Made by a program: the position numbers and the translations under genes
Source of the DNA: Octopus sinensis
Lineage: Eukaryota
Direction of reading: 5' to 3'
Assembly (NCBI RefSeq): GCF_006345805.1
Contig: NW_021832205.1
Span: forward strand, 1-31,881
Length of the DNA: 31,881 bases
In this document: one piece after another, positions 9,098-19,984 of the stretch
How the letters are laid out: each line of letters opens with the position of its first letter
How positions within the stretch are numbered: the stretch's first letter is position 1
Notes under the pieces: generated by a model
The model's input: only the letters and a program-made list of their open reading frames with translations
The model's database searches: none
What the model was told of the DNA's origin: nothing

Positions 9098-10272
9098 GGA
9101 TGGACAAAATAATGGAAACCCCTAGCATCATAGCATCATAATTTTGATACATCTATAAAACCACCAAAAGCTTGTTTATTTTTGCGTTTTTTTATTTATT
9201 ATTAGTGTTGCTTAATATGTTTTTTTTAAATGGCTGTTTCTTTTCAGATATCATCAGAAAAAGGTGATTAAAATTCATTAAAATGACAAATCTATTGGAT
9301 TTTCAAAGAAGTCAAATTGTTGGTGCTTGTATGGCAGGCGCTAGCGTAACGAAAACAGCCGAAATGTTTGGTGTATCAAGAAGTACTGTCTCGAATGTAA
9401 TGACAGCCTTTGAGAAAGAGGGAAAAACCTCCTCGTCGAAACAAAACTCCGGAAGAAAACCAAAACATTCAGAGAGGGACTGTTGGACTCTTGCGCGAAT
9501 ATTTAGAAAGGATCACAAAAGTACAGCTCCCAAAATTACTGCAGAGCTTAATTGCCACCACGAGAACCCAGTTTCCACAAAAACTGTTCGCCGGGAGCTG
9601 CACAAAGCCGGATTTCACGGGAGGGTTGCAATCAGAAAACCACTATTTTCAAAAACAAACGTTTCAAAGTGTTTAAAGGGGAGTAAAAACCTACAGAATT
9701 GGTCCCTAGAGCAGTGGAAGAATGTTCCTTTCTCGGACGAGTTGCCCTTTATCTTATTTCCGATCACCGGCCGAGTATACGTGTGGAGACAGCCAAAAGA
9801 AGCATTTGAACCAGACTGCCCTCTTCCAACTGTTAAACATGGCGGTGGATCTGTGATGATCTGGTAGGGCTATATATTGGAAACCCGCCGACCCAATGGT
9901 TCCCCTTAATGACAGAAATAATAGTCAAGACTATTTAAGCATTTTATCTGATCAAATTCATCCTATGGTTGCGGAACTGTTTCCGGAAGGAAACGCAATC
10001 TTTCAGGATGATAATACACCAATTCACACAGCTTAAGTTGTTACTGAATGGTACGAGGAACATTCTAGTGAAGTTGAACATCTTATCTGGTCATCACAGT
10101 CCCCAGATCTCAATATTATTGAAAATTTATGATGCATTTTAGAAAAACAAGTGAGGCCTCGATATCCTCCACCATCATCACTACAAGAACTGGCGACTGT
10201 TTTAGCTGAAGAATGGGCAACATAAATTTGTTTGAAATTTTAAGATGCTTCCATCATTTTGCCAAATTCTTG
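9094..10272 (+). mobile_element. Tc1-family (DDE) transposon, near complete but inactivated; inserted in (TA)n
   Basis: ORF 9283..9867 has a paired-like HTH (MFGVSRSTVS), FSDE and TVKHGGGSVMIW. Downstream frames give FQDDNTPIH and SPDLNIIENL with stops. Left TIR cagaggatggacaaaataatggaaac follows TA; a degenerate right TIR gcttccatcattttgccaaattcttg precedes TA at 10273-10274. Confidence 0.93.
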
Positions 10273-10473
10273 TATGGTAGTTTAGGTTTGGTAAAACTGT
10301 CTGCCGACGGGAACGTGAAGCTCCGAGTTACAGTTTTTGTGATGTCTTTACAGCTTTATTAATAAAGCATATTGCTCTACCTCCGGTATTCGAGGACTAT
10401 TTTTTCCACTTTGTTTCACATTTATGTGCTTACTCTGGAATATATATATGTATATATACACGCAGAGAGATAA

Positions 10474-10477
<4 letters not shown>

Positions 10478-10549
<72 letters not shown>
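10478..10549. repeat. (GATA)n microsatellite
   Basis: Directly visible. Confidence 0.97.
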
Positions 10550-10550
<1 letters not shown>

Positions 10551-10584
10551 GAGGGGGAGGGGGGACATATGTATACGTATATAC

Positions 10585-10766
10585 ACACGACGAGCCTCTG
10601 CACAATTTCCGTCAACTGAATTCACTCACAAGACACTGGTCAGCCCAGGACTGTAGTAGAAGGCACTTGATCAAGGTGCAACGTAGTGGGACTGAACTCA
10701 GAACCACATAGTTGCAAAGTGAGCTTCCTAACCACATAGTTGCAAAGTGAGCTTCCTAACCACATA
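10585..10766 (-). mobile_element. 5' half of a family B variant SINE with a 28-bp tandem duplication in its head
   Basis: tttccgtcaactgaattcactcacaag matches the family B centre; aaccacatagttgcaaagtgagcttcct occurs at 10702-10729 and 10730-10757. Confidence 0.8.
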
Positions 10767-10767
10767 T

Positions 10768-10978
10768 CCTTTTTATTATAAACTCAAGGCCTGAAGTTTT
10801 GGAGGAGAGGACTAGTCGATGATATCGACCCCAGAATTTCACTGGTACTTAATTTATCGACCCCAAAAGGATGAAAGCAAAGTCGGCCTCAACGGAATTT
10901 GAACTCAGAACGTAGCGACGGGCGATATGCCGCTAAGCATTTCGTCCAGCGTGCTAAACTCTGCCAGCTCATCGCCTT
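10768..10978 (-). mobile_element. SINE family A
   Basis: Reverse strand head aaggcgatgagctggcagag and core ctttcatccttttggggtcgataaattaagtaccag. Confidence 0.9.
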
Positions 10979-11011
10979 TAACCATATATAATTATCGAGG
11001 AGGAGTAATTG

Positions 11012-11395
11012 TGCACACAGGCGTGGCTATGTGGTAAGAAGCTTGCTTTCCAACCACTTGGTTCCGGGTTCAGTCCCTCTACGCATTATCTTGGGCAAGT
11101 GTTTTCAACTATAGCCACGGGCCAATCAAAGCCTTGTGAGTGAATTTCGTTGACGGAAACTGAAAGAAGCTCGTCGTATATATACATATGTGTGTGTGTG
11201 TGTTTGTGTGTTTGACAACCGGTGTTGGTGTGTTTGCATCCACGTAAATTAGCGGTTCGGCAAAAGAGACCGATAGAGTAAGTTCAAAGCTTAAAATATA
11301 ACTACTGGCGTCGATTCATTCAACTAAAAATTATTCAAGGCGGTGCTCCAGCATGGGCGCAGTCTAATGACTGAAACAAGTGAAGAATAAAAGAT
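11012..11395 (+). mobile_element. SINE family B
   Basis: Head, central module and tail as in 6788-7200, with more divergence. Confidence 0.92.
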
Positions 11396-11668
11396 TATAT
11401 GCAACAAAATACAGGATATTTTCAAATAATATATATTATGACAAAGCATTCTAAAGTAGAGTGGAGTGAATAAAATTCCAAATAGATCGTTCGTATTACA
11501 TTTCTGGACGGTTAATTTCAATCCTATATCGCTGCAGTTTACTAACTTTGGCCCTACAAATCGAACAAAATAGATTTGCCTGGTTAATACATGCTTTCCA
11601 CCTCGCTGACGAATGCACCCATGCACGAAACCTGAGACCTCACAGTCCGACTAGAAATGCAAGCTTAT

Positions 11669-11685
11669 ACGTATATATAATATAT

Positions 11686-11741
<56 letters not shown>

Positions 11742-12017
11742 TATATATATATATATCAACATTTTATGTAGCTATGCTTTTTACATTTACAGTAAGGTAC
11801 ATATATATTGCATGAGCGTCAGACGTCTATGTAACACGCTCCACGAACTTATTTAAACAACGGAGTATTAAACACTCTGTCTCTGCTACAAATTAGAATA
11901 TATTGACAGATGCATCGAAATAACATATACATCTGTGTGTGTGTGTGGTGTGTGGTGTGTGTGTGTGTGTGAGTGAGTGAGTGTACATATGTGTGTGTGT
12001 ATGTACATATACATACA

Positions 12018-12058
<41 letters not shown>

Positions 12059-12059
12059 C

Positions 12060-12118
<59 letters not shown>

Positions 12119-12381
12119 CAACATTTTATGTAGCTATGCTTTTTACATTTACAGTAAAGGTACATATATATTGCATGAGCGTCAGACGTCTATGTAACAC
12201 GCTCCACGAACTTATTTAAACAACGAGTATTAAACACTCTGCATCTCTGCTACAAATTAGAATATATTGACAGATGCATCGAAATAACATATACATCTGT
12301 GTGTGTGTGTGTGGTGTGTGTGTGTGTGGTGTGTGTGTTGTGTGAGTGAGTGAGTGTACATATGTGTGTGTGTATGTACAT

Positions 12382-12433
<52 letters not shown>

Positions 12434-12440
12434 TATGTAT
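11669..12440. repeat. About 362-bp tandem duplication with microsatellite flanks
   Basis: The unique segment starting tcaacattttatgtagc occurs at 11756 and 12118; the copies differ by three small indels and I saw no substitutions. Confidence 0.93.
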
Positions 12441-12744
12441 ATGTATATATATATATATATGTAACTTTACTGATATTCATCTATATCTTTGCGTATCTGT
12501 AAATTCTGATTGTTTTGTTTCTTTATCGGTCTAATTATTTATTCATACTTTTGTTTGTGTTTTGTTTTTCACTTTTTCTGTTTATCTCATTCTCCCTTTT
12601 TATTTATCTATTCTCCCATATCTCTCTTTCTCTCTTCTTTTCTCCCTTTCTCTCACCTCTCCTTGTATGCGTTTATATGAGTGTGTGCACGCGCGCGCGT
12701 GAGTACATGCATGTGTGCAAGTGAGTACGTATGTGTGTGTGTGT

Positions 12745-12791
<47 letters not shown>

Positions 12792-13189
12792 TGTGTTTTG
12801 TGAAGATATCGATAAAGAAAGTAAACTGGAAAGAGAAGTATTAGAAGAGGAGGTGTAGAAGAGAGGGGAGATGAAGGAGAGAGAAGAAAGAAAGAGAAGG
12901 GGAGGTGTAGAAGAGAGGGGAGATGGGGAGAGAGAGGAAGGAAAGAGGAGCGGAATAAAGAGAAATGGGCGGCGGAGAACCAGATTGATCGCTAAAACTA
13001 TAGAAAAAATATGCAAATTTTTTTCTATTTTCAATCGACTTCCTTTGTCCAAAGAATTCTGTTTTCCTAGATTTTAAGTTATACGTACCTTTTAATATAT
13101 TTCTTGAACACTTTTTATATTTAAAATTTGTACAAATATTTTTCCGACAATCTCTATAGTTATAGCTCCATTTTCTTCTTCATCATCGT

Positions 13190-13393
13190 CTTTTACTTTT
13201 ATTTGTTTCAGTCATTTCACTGCGGCCATGCTGGAGCACCGCCTTTACTCGAGCAAATCGACCCCGGGACTTATTCTTTGTAAGCCCAGTACTTATTCTA
13301 TCGGTTTCTTTTTGCCGAACCGCTAAGTGACGTGGACGTAAACACACCAGCATCGGTTGTCAAGCAATGCTAGGGGGACAAACAGACACACAA

Positions 13394-13428
<35 letters not shown>

Positions 13429-13592
13429 CATACGACAGGCTTCTTTCAGTTTCCGTCTACCAAATCCACTCACAAGGCTTTGGTCGGCCCGAGGCTATAG
13501 TAGAAGACATTTGCCCAAGATGCCACGCAGTGGGACTGAACCCGGAACCATGTAGTTCATAAGCAAGCTACTTACCACACAGCCACTCCTGC
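13190..13592 (-). mobile_element. SINE family B, full length
   Basis: Near-consensus reverse copy of 6788-7200. Confidence 0.95.
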
Positions 13593-13699
13593 GTCTGCTT
13601 CTTTATTTTCTATATCTTCTTTTTCTTCATTTCTTCGTTTTTGTAAAGTTGTTGAAGAGACGGCAATAATGTCATAGAAGAGAATTCTGAAAATTTTAA

Positions 13700-15130
13700 A
13701 AACAAATGTCTAAACTTGCCAAAAGATCAACTACTAGGATCCATATACACTGGCCGGAAAATTTACCAGTGATGGAAGCTGATCACATGATCAATGAACT
13801 GCATCCTATAAATAAACAGTCGTTTTCGAAAAGATACAAATAAATGTAGTTTCTCATTGACAATAATATATAAGGAAATTAACAGCGTTGGCCATTTTCT
13901 TAGAAGAACCAATAAAATGTATAGTTTTTGTTGAAAGATGTTTTTTGATTTCTCAAGAAAAAAATATCATTTTGGGAAAAATCTGGAATTAATGACTGGA
14001 TGTACACTCGTGAATACTTGCAAAAGCATGAAAACACTGTATATCATGTGGAATGTCTTGAGAAGTGGTTTGAGATATCACTGCGATTTCAGGCTAATAA
14101 AACTATTGATAAGGAGATGCAGTCACGTGTGGAAAACGAGCGAGTGCATTAATGTAAAGTTTGGGAACGTTTAATGGGTGTTGCTCTGTATTTAGCCGAA
14201 CACAATTCGGCTTTCATAGGAAGTTCAGACACATTATTTATACCACACAATGAGAATGTTTTAGGTCTTGTTGAGCTACTTGTAATGTTTGGTCTGGCAA
14301 TGAACGAACATTTATGTCGGGTTGTATCTAAAGAAACTCACATTTACAATTGTAGGAGGAAAAATGTTCAGAATAAAATGATCAATGTGTTTGGGAAGCG
14401 CTGTTCAGGAAACATATTAAAGCGAATTATAGAAGCCAAACACTTCAGCTGCTACACCACTTACACATCATGTGGAGCAGCTTTAAGTTACAATATACCT
14501 TTAGATCTAGAAAACATTTCTATAAAGGAACTTTATGTTAGCTATAAACCAGTTATAGATACTCCAGGCAAAAGATCCTAAGAAAGTATATTTGATTTTC
14601 TGAGAGGCAGCGCGTTAGACTTATATAGCTGCAGAGAAATGAATTATGTTAATAGTTCGAATATGAATGGAGAGAATGAAGGAGTTCACTCAATCTTTAT
14701 GAAGGAAAATCTTCTGGCGTTTTATATGCGATGTGGATGTTGAACACAGTGATAAGCGATTGTGCAACAAGTTGTCGGATATCCATTTTGTATTTTTGTT
14801 ACTGCCCAGCGCTTATATGCTTTGTTTTCTGCCTCTTCTTGGCTGAGACATCTACTGAAAAAATTGTTAAATGCCATACTACAAAATCTTTATGCGAAAC
14901 TAGATAGGAATATAGATTAGAATGGGGAAACTATTAAATATGAAATTATAGGAATCAAAGAAGCTTTTATGAACTTGCAGAAATGCCTACTTCTAATCCT
15001 GCAATGCGACATGGAGCAAGATTCTTTTGAAGTTGGGCTGGAACTATAATTAATCTTTAAATTGTACCTGTTGAAAAGCTATCTGTATCAGTGATTAGCA
15101 AGAAAGTGTTTGTCTATCAACGTTAAAATT
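13700..15130 (+). pseudogene. Decayed hAT transposase (ZMYM1/TTF-zinc-finger, DUF4371-like)
   Basis: Broken frames give SGINDWMYTREYLQKHENTVYHVECLEKW (TTF-type zinc finger), ALYLAEHNSAFIGSS...NVLGLVELL...IIEAKHFS (ORF 14174..14581), and YVNSSNMNGENEGVHSIFMKENLLAFYMRCGC (matches YDNGANM.G...GVQ...PCGCH). Many stops; no TIRs found. Confidence 0.88.
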
Positions 15131-15374
15131 TTGTTTATTTTTTGCGACGTCTGTAGAATAAAGAGGTGAACCAGGAACCAGGTGACGTTCCAGCACCTTA
15201 TTCGTCTAAGTGATCCTATGCCGGGAGTGTAACGTATGACTAATTTTGTCCTTAAAGCTGCTAACTTACAGAGCATCATTATAAAAGGAATCTACTTTGT
15301 CAAAAATGTTCTTACTGGAGATGAGACTGAAGATTTTTTTTGCCAATATTTCGTTTTTTAACTAAATTAAGCAA

Positions 15375-15535
15375 AATGCTTAACGGCATTCCCCCACCCC
15401 CATCTTGACGTTCTGGGTGCAAATAATACTGAAGTCAACTTCGCCTTTCATTCTTTCGGGGTCGATAAAATAAGTACCAGCTGAGCACTGGTACACTCCC
15501 CTAAAATTGCTGGCCTTGTGCCAAAGTTTGAAATC
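15375..15535 (-). mobile_element. SINE family A (degenerate head)
   Basis: Core ctttcattctttcggggtcgataaaataagtaccag is present at 15445-15480; the flanking head and tail are degenerate. Confidence 0.75.
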
Positions 15536-15539
15536 AATC

Positions 15540-16372
15540 TTTTTAACAAAGTTATTAAAAACTGCATTGATGCGAGTCATCTGATCGCTTGGTTTCCTGT
15601 AAGAATCATAAGTAACGCTAAGCAAGTCTATTGACATACCTAAGAAACTGACTACTGTTGATATCTGTAATGATCTTTAAGCCAAAGGACTTAAGTCTTG
15701 GATAATGTATTTCCTCACTTGGCTTGGGCAGGATTGTTGGTGTACCTGGAGATGGTTATTATGTCATCTCTGTATATTCCAAAAATCACAGAGCAGAAAG
15801 ATCTCTGTAGTGTCTCGAGCAGGAATAAGTGAATCAGGTCGCATGCGTCTGTTATCCCTGTCATGCGACCTTTTGCTTGTGTCGAAGAAGCTGTCAGTAT
15901 CGGATCTCTTGAATTATTCAGAGCTCTCACAAAAGAGCGGGGCTCGTCTAGCATTAAAAAAATTATTTCGATGTCACTATCGCATATGGCGTAAATCTTC
16001 CAGCAAAATTAAGTGCTTTAAAAATAAGGTCTTTGACGTTAGAAGTATGGAAGTCTACAATATTGAATTGAGTGAACTTGGCGTTCCACTTTTCAGAAAT
16101 ATTCTTAAACCAATCTTTGACATCTAAACTATTTGACCACTGAGATATGTTGGCAGCTTTTCCAATGCTAGTATTAATTTTCCTCAAAATATCCGTACTG
16201 TCTTACTGTGGCTTATCCGGCAAACTAGGAATACAGTATATGAATCTTCCCTATCGCATATGGTGGTAAATCTGCCTGCACAGTTAAATGCTCTAGCTAG
16301 AAGATCTTTGGCGTTAGAAGCATAGAAGTCTACAATATCGAACTAAGTAAACCTGGCGTTCCGCTTTTCAGC
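15540..16372 (-). mobile_element. Penelope-like element reverse transcriptase fragments with a duplicated RT segment
   Basis: Frames QWSNSLDVKDWFKNISEKWNAKFTQFNIVDF, DACDLIHLFLL...GIYRDD and FLGMSIDL...YRKPSDQ match the PLE RT pattern (WKNT..VIDWF, FDIVDFYPS, YRDD, FLDVTLDL..YRKP). Confidence 0.85.
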
Positions 16373-16830
16373 ACTCTATGCATCTACAAATATATATATA
16401 TATATATATATATATCCCACCATCTTAAAATAGAAAGGACATACAACATTATGAAGTCTTTGATACCTGTACAATTTCCGCATCATCCATCTGCTTCTAC
16501 CCTTTTTGACTAAATAATAAAGAAAAGAAAACACACAGACGTCTAAAGGCAACTTAATTATTAGCTCAATAATTTTTCGTGAAAGGGGAAAGAAACATGC
16601 GAAAATTATTTGGGCCTAATTTTTCTCCCATTAAATTATCGTTATAAGTAAGTGACTCGAAACGTTTAGTTTTTATTATTTATTGTTATTTTATTTAGTT
16701 CTATATCTATAAACAGCATGCTTTTGTATTTTGTACGTCATCAGTATAGAGTGTTAGAATATTGTCTAGTCGATTAATTATTTAAACTATAATCAAGAAG
16801 TGTATTCGAGTTACTGTTTTCATTCCATAT

Positions 16831-16831
<1 letters not shown>

Positions 16832-16894
<63 letters not shown>

Positions 16895-16896
16895 AA
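16832..16896. repeat. (GAAA)n microsatellite
   Basis: Directly visible. Confidence 0.97.
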
Positions 16897-17299
16897 AGAC
16901 AAACTAACGCAAAGAAAAACAGTGAAGTAGCCGTGCATAGTTTGTAAGACATAGTTAGAAACAATTTTGAGTATACATAGTTTATTATGTTTTTCTAACA
17001 AGGCGAAACCTGTCATGTCAAATTCTAATTCACATTATGGAAAATTTTTTCTGTAGTCTTTTTTTCCTTTCTTCGGTATCAGTCAAATTTTGTGTTTGTA
17101 CGTCCCCAAAAGACAAGGGAAGCATATAGAAGTGGTATTCTCATACTATTTTCAGGGCCAAAGACTGTGAATACATTATGCCACAATTTATTGCTGTGCG
17201 AACGAAGGCCTTTCACTTATCTGTGATACATGTTTATTACCTCTCAGCATTTAATTATTCGTTCATTCATCTTTCACGTAAGAGAACACATGAGAATTA

Positions 17300-17812
17300 T
17301 TTTCACCTGGATTGGCCGGGCTGTCTGGTGCCGAGTTGGCTTCGCTGGTCACAGCGTTTACTCCATTCCCCTCGTGCTCTTGCCATTCTCCTCAGCATCG
17401 CTTCAAACATTCTTCTTAAATCGCCTTCCCACCTGACTGGAGGTCTTTCCTGTGCTCCCTTCCGCTTGTGCGGGTACCACTCGACAACTGCACGAGTCCA
17501 CCAATCGTCTGTGAACTTTGCGACACGACCGGCCCATCGTAGCTTTCCGAGGTGGTATTCTGCGAAAGTGTCCTTCACTCCAGTTCTATTCCTGATCTCC
17601 GCGTTCCGGATGTGATCTCTTAGCGAGATTCCCAGCATCAACGTTTCCATAGCTTCTTTCGCCGTAAGCAGATGTTGCTCTTCTATCTTCGTCAAGGTCC
17701 AAGTCTCACATGCGTATAGCATTGCAGGGAAGACTGTGCCGTTGAAGAGACTGGGGCGAGTTCCTTTATCTAGGTTCGCCTTCAACACATCTTCCACCGA
17801 GTTGAACGCTCC
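17300..17812 (-). mobile_element. 5'-truncated RTE-clade LINE (RT C-terminal region, still an open frame)
   Basis: ORF 17303..17797 contains LFNGTVFPAMLYACETWTL, LRDHIRNAEIR, KLRWAGRVAK and RPPVRW, typical of the RTE/BovB C-terminus. Confidence 0.93.
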
Positions 17813-17954
17813 TACGATAGAGAGCGATGGAGAGCGATGAAGGAAAATTAGTTAAAATTTTTGTATGAGTAACAATTATAATTATAGGCTAGTTCAGGCA
17901 GAGCTGGCCTGGGTTAAACAACAGCAATGATAATAACAAAAACCTGAAGAACTT

Positions 17955-18470
17955 GGTCCATCCATCTTCTCTGCCACTGTTCCTGGAAAAGTCGTAGGTT
18001 CCTATCGGAAGCAACCGTCATTAGATTTTCCGGGTGGATTCTTAAGCGTGTCCAACTGAGATTATGGATATTATCCTACCGTCTCGTTCTTAATCTACCC
18101 CTAGGTGTCTTGTCGATTGGCTCAGCTTGAAGAACCCGCCCCGTGATCCCTTCCTGCGATATTCTAATCACTTGTACGTAGTATCAGAGCTGTAACCTCT
18201 CAATGTGATGAAGTACCGGCTCTACCTGAAGAAATACCCTGACAAGGCTCCCTATCGAGTAACGCTACTCCAAAGATCTTTTCGGAGGACCCCCTTTCGG
18301 CCGCTCGTATTCTTTCGGTTTTTATCCAACATTCATGGTCATATGTGAGGATATGCACGAAAAACCGAATTGAAGACAGCGAATTTGACGGTTTGCCAAA
18401 CTCTCCTCTTCTGAGGGTCGAGCTTGGTCTTGTCCAAATACAGGACAAAAGCAATGTATTTCAAACAATC
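17955..18470 (-). mobile_element. Decayed RTE-clade (RTE-X/Expander-like) LINE 3' fragment
   Basis: Frames LTYDHECWIKTERIRAAE (compare LTYGHESWVMTER) and IHNLSWTRLRIHPENLMTVASDR; frameshifted. Confidence 0.75.
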
Positions 18471-18599
18471 ATTTTATCGGCCTTGGTTGGGAATGAAACA
18501 TGAAGTCGGTGCTCGTAAGGTTTCAACTCACAGCACTAAGGTAAAGCTGTTCATGCCCTGATATAAAAACAACAGGTTTACATTTTTAAATTTCATTTT

Positions 18600-18984
18600 A
18601 TAATAATATTGATTTCCAGTTTTCGCCCAAGACCAGCAAATGCGTCAACCCCAGTGCTCAACTCGTATTTATTTTATCGCCCCTGAAAGGATGACAGGCA
18701 AAGTCGACCACGGTGACAGTTGAACTCAGAACGTTAGGACGGACGAAATACCGATTTCTTTACTACCTACAAGGGGCTAAACACAGAGAGGATAAACAAG
18801 GACAGACAAAGGGATTAAGTCGATTACATTTACCCCAGTGCGTAACTGGTACTTAATTTATCGACCCCGAAAGGATGAAAGGCAAAGTCGACCTCGACGG
18901 AATTTGAACTAAGAACGTAATAGCAGACGAAATACCGCTAAGCAATTTTCCCGGCGCTCTAACAATTCTGTCAGATTTTGGCTT

Positions 18985-18985
<1 letters not shown>
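18600..18985 (-). mobile_element. Dimeric SINE family A (full monomer 18985-18754 plus headless monomer 18753-18600)
   Basis: Junction gtagtaaagaaat(c/a)|(g/a)gtatttcgtc is also found at 31730-31750. Confidence 0.88.
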
Positions 18986-19024
<39 letters not shown>

Positions 19025-19029
19025 TAACA

Positions 19030-19241
19030 GTTACAAATTTTGCTACAATGGCAGCCATTTTGGGGAAGAGGATGAGTCGATTACATTGACGCCAGTGTTC
19101 AACTGGTACTTATTTTATCGACCCTGAGAGGATAAAAGGCAATGTCGACCTCGGCGCAATTTGAATTCAGAACGGAGCAACGGACGAAATACCGATAAGC
19201 ATTTCGTCCAGCATGCTAACGATTCTGCCAGCTCGTCGCCT

Positions 19242-19242
<1 letters not shown>
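19030..19242 (-). mobile_element. SINE family A flanked by (TAA)n tracts
   Basis: Reverse strand reads aaggcgacgagctggcagaatcgttagc plus the family A core. Confidence 0.93.
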
Positions 19243-19243
<1 letters not shown>

Positions 19244-19324
<81 letters not shown>

Positions 19325-19452
19325 AATGTGTGTACGTCTGTGTGTGCGCACGTTTGTGTGTGCGCGCGTGTGCATGTGCGTGTGCGTGTACGTGCGTGCG
19401 TGTGTGTGTATGTGTGTGTGTGTGTGTGTGGTGTGTGTGTGTGTGTGTGTGC

Positions 19453-19486
<34 letters not shown>
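19244..19486. repeat. (TAA)n(TGA)n followed by a TG/CG-mixed microsatellite
   Basis: Directly visible; explains ORF 19161..19556. Confidence 0.96.
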
Positions 19487-19488
<2 letters not shown>

Positions 19489-19759
19489 CCGTTAATGGTC
19501 TGAAATTTCAGATTTCAAATTTTCATAAATGGAAAATTGAGTGTCAGAGAATATGAGCATGGCAAGGAAGAAAATTGGTCGAAAAAAATATTTTGTAGAC
19601 GTAAATCAAATTTTGAAACCAAATTGAAATTCATTAAACGAAAGAAAAAGAACTGATAGCTAAATTTAAATCGTTAAAGTCATTTCAGATTCCGCATCGT
19701 GTGTACTATCATCTTTTTTTTTAATGATTTCTTTGTTGTTGATGCTTTGTTTTAGACGA

Positions 19760-19980
19760 GCTATTTCCAAGGTCGACGGGCTGACAAAATCGTTAAGCGC
19801 ATCGGACAAACTGCTTAGCAACATTTCCTCCGGCTTTACATTTGGGTTTCAAATATCACAAACGATGACCTTACCTATAAGGAGATAAAATAAGTACCAA
19901 TTTAGCACTGAGACCGAAGTAATCGACTACACCGTTCCTTCAAAATTGCTCATCCTTTGCCAAAAATTAGAACGAATTAT
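19760..19980 (+). mobile_element. Old, degenerate SINE family A
   Basis: gggctgacaaaatcgttaagc...gggtttcaaat...gataaaataagtacca...gtaatcgact. Confidence 0.7.
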
Positions 19981-19984
19981 TAGT

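Noticed and set aside
13001-13027. A/T hairpin tagaaaaaat...atttttttcta enclosing the octamer ATGCAAAT
   Set aside because: Homopolymer stem and a single 8-mer are expected by chance in AT-rich DNA.
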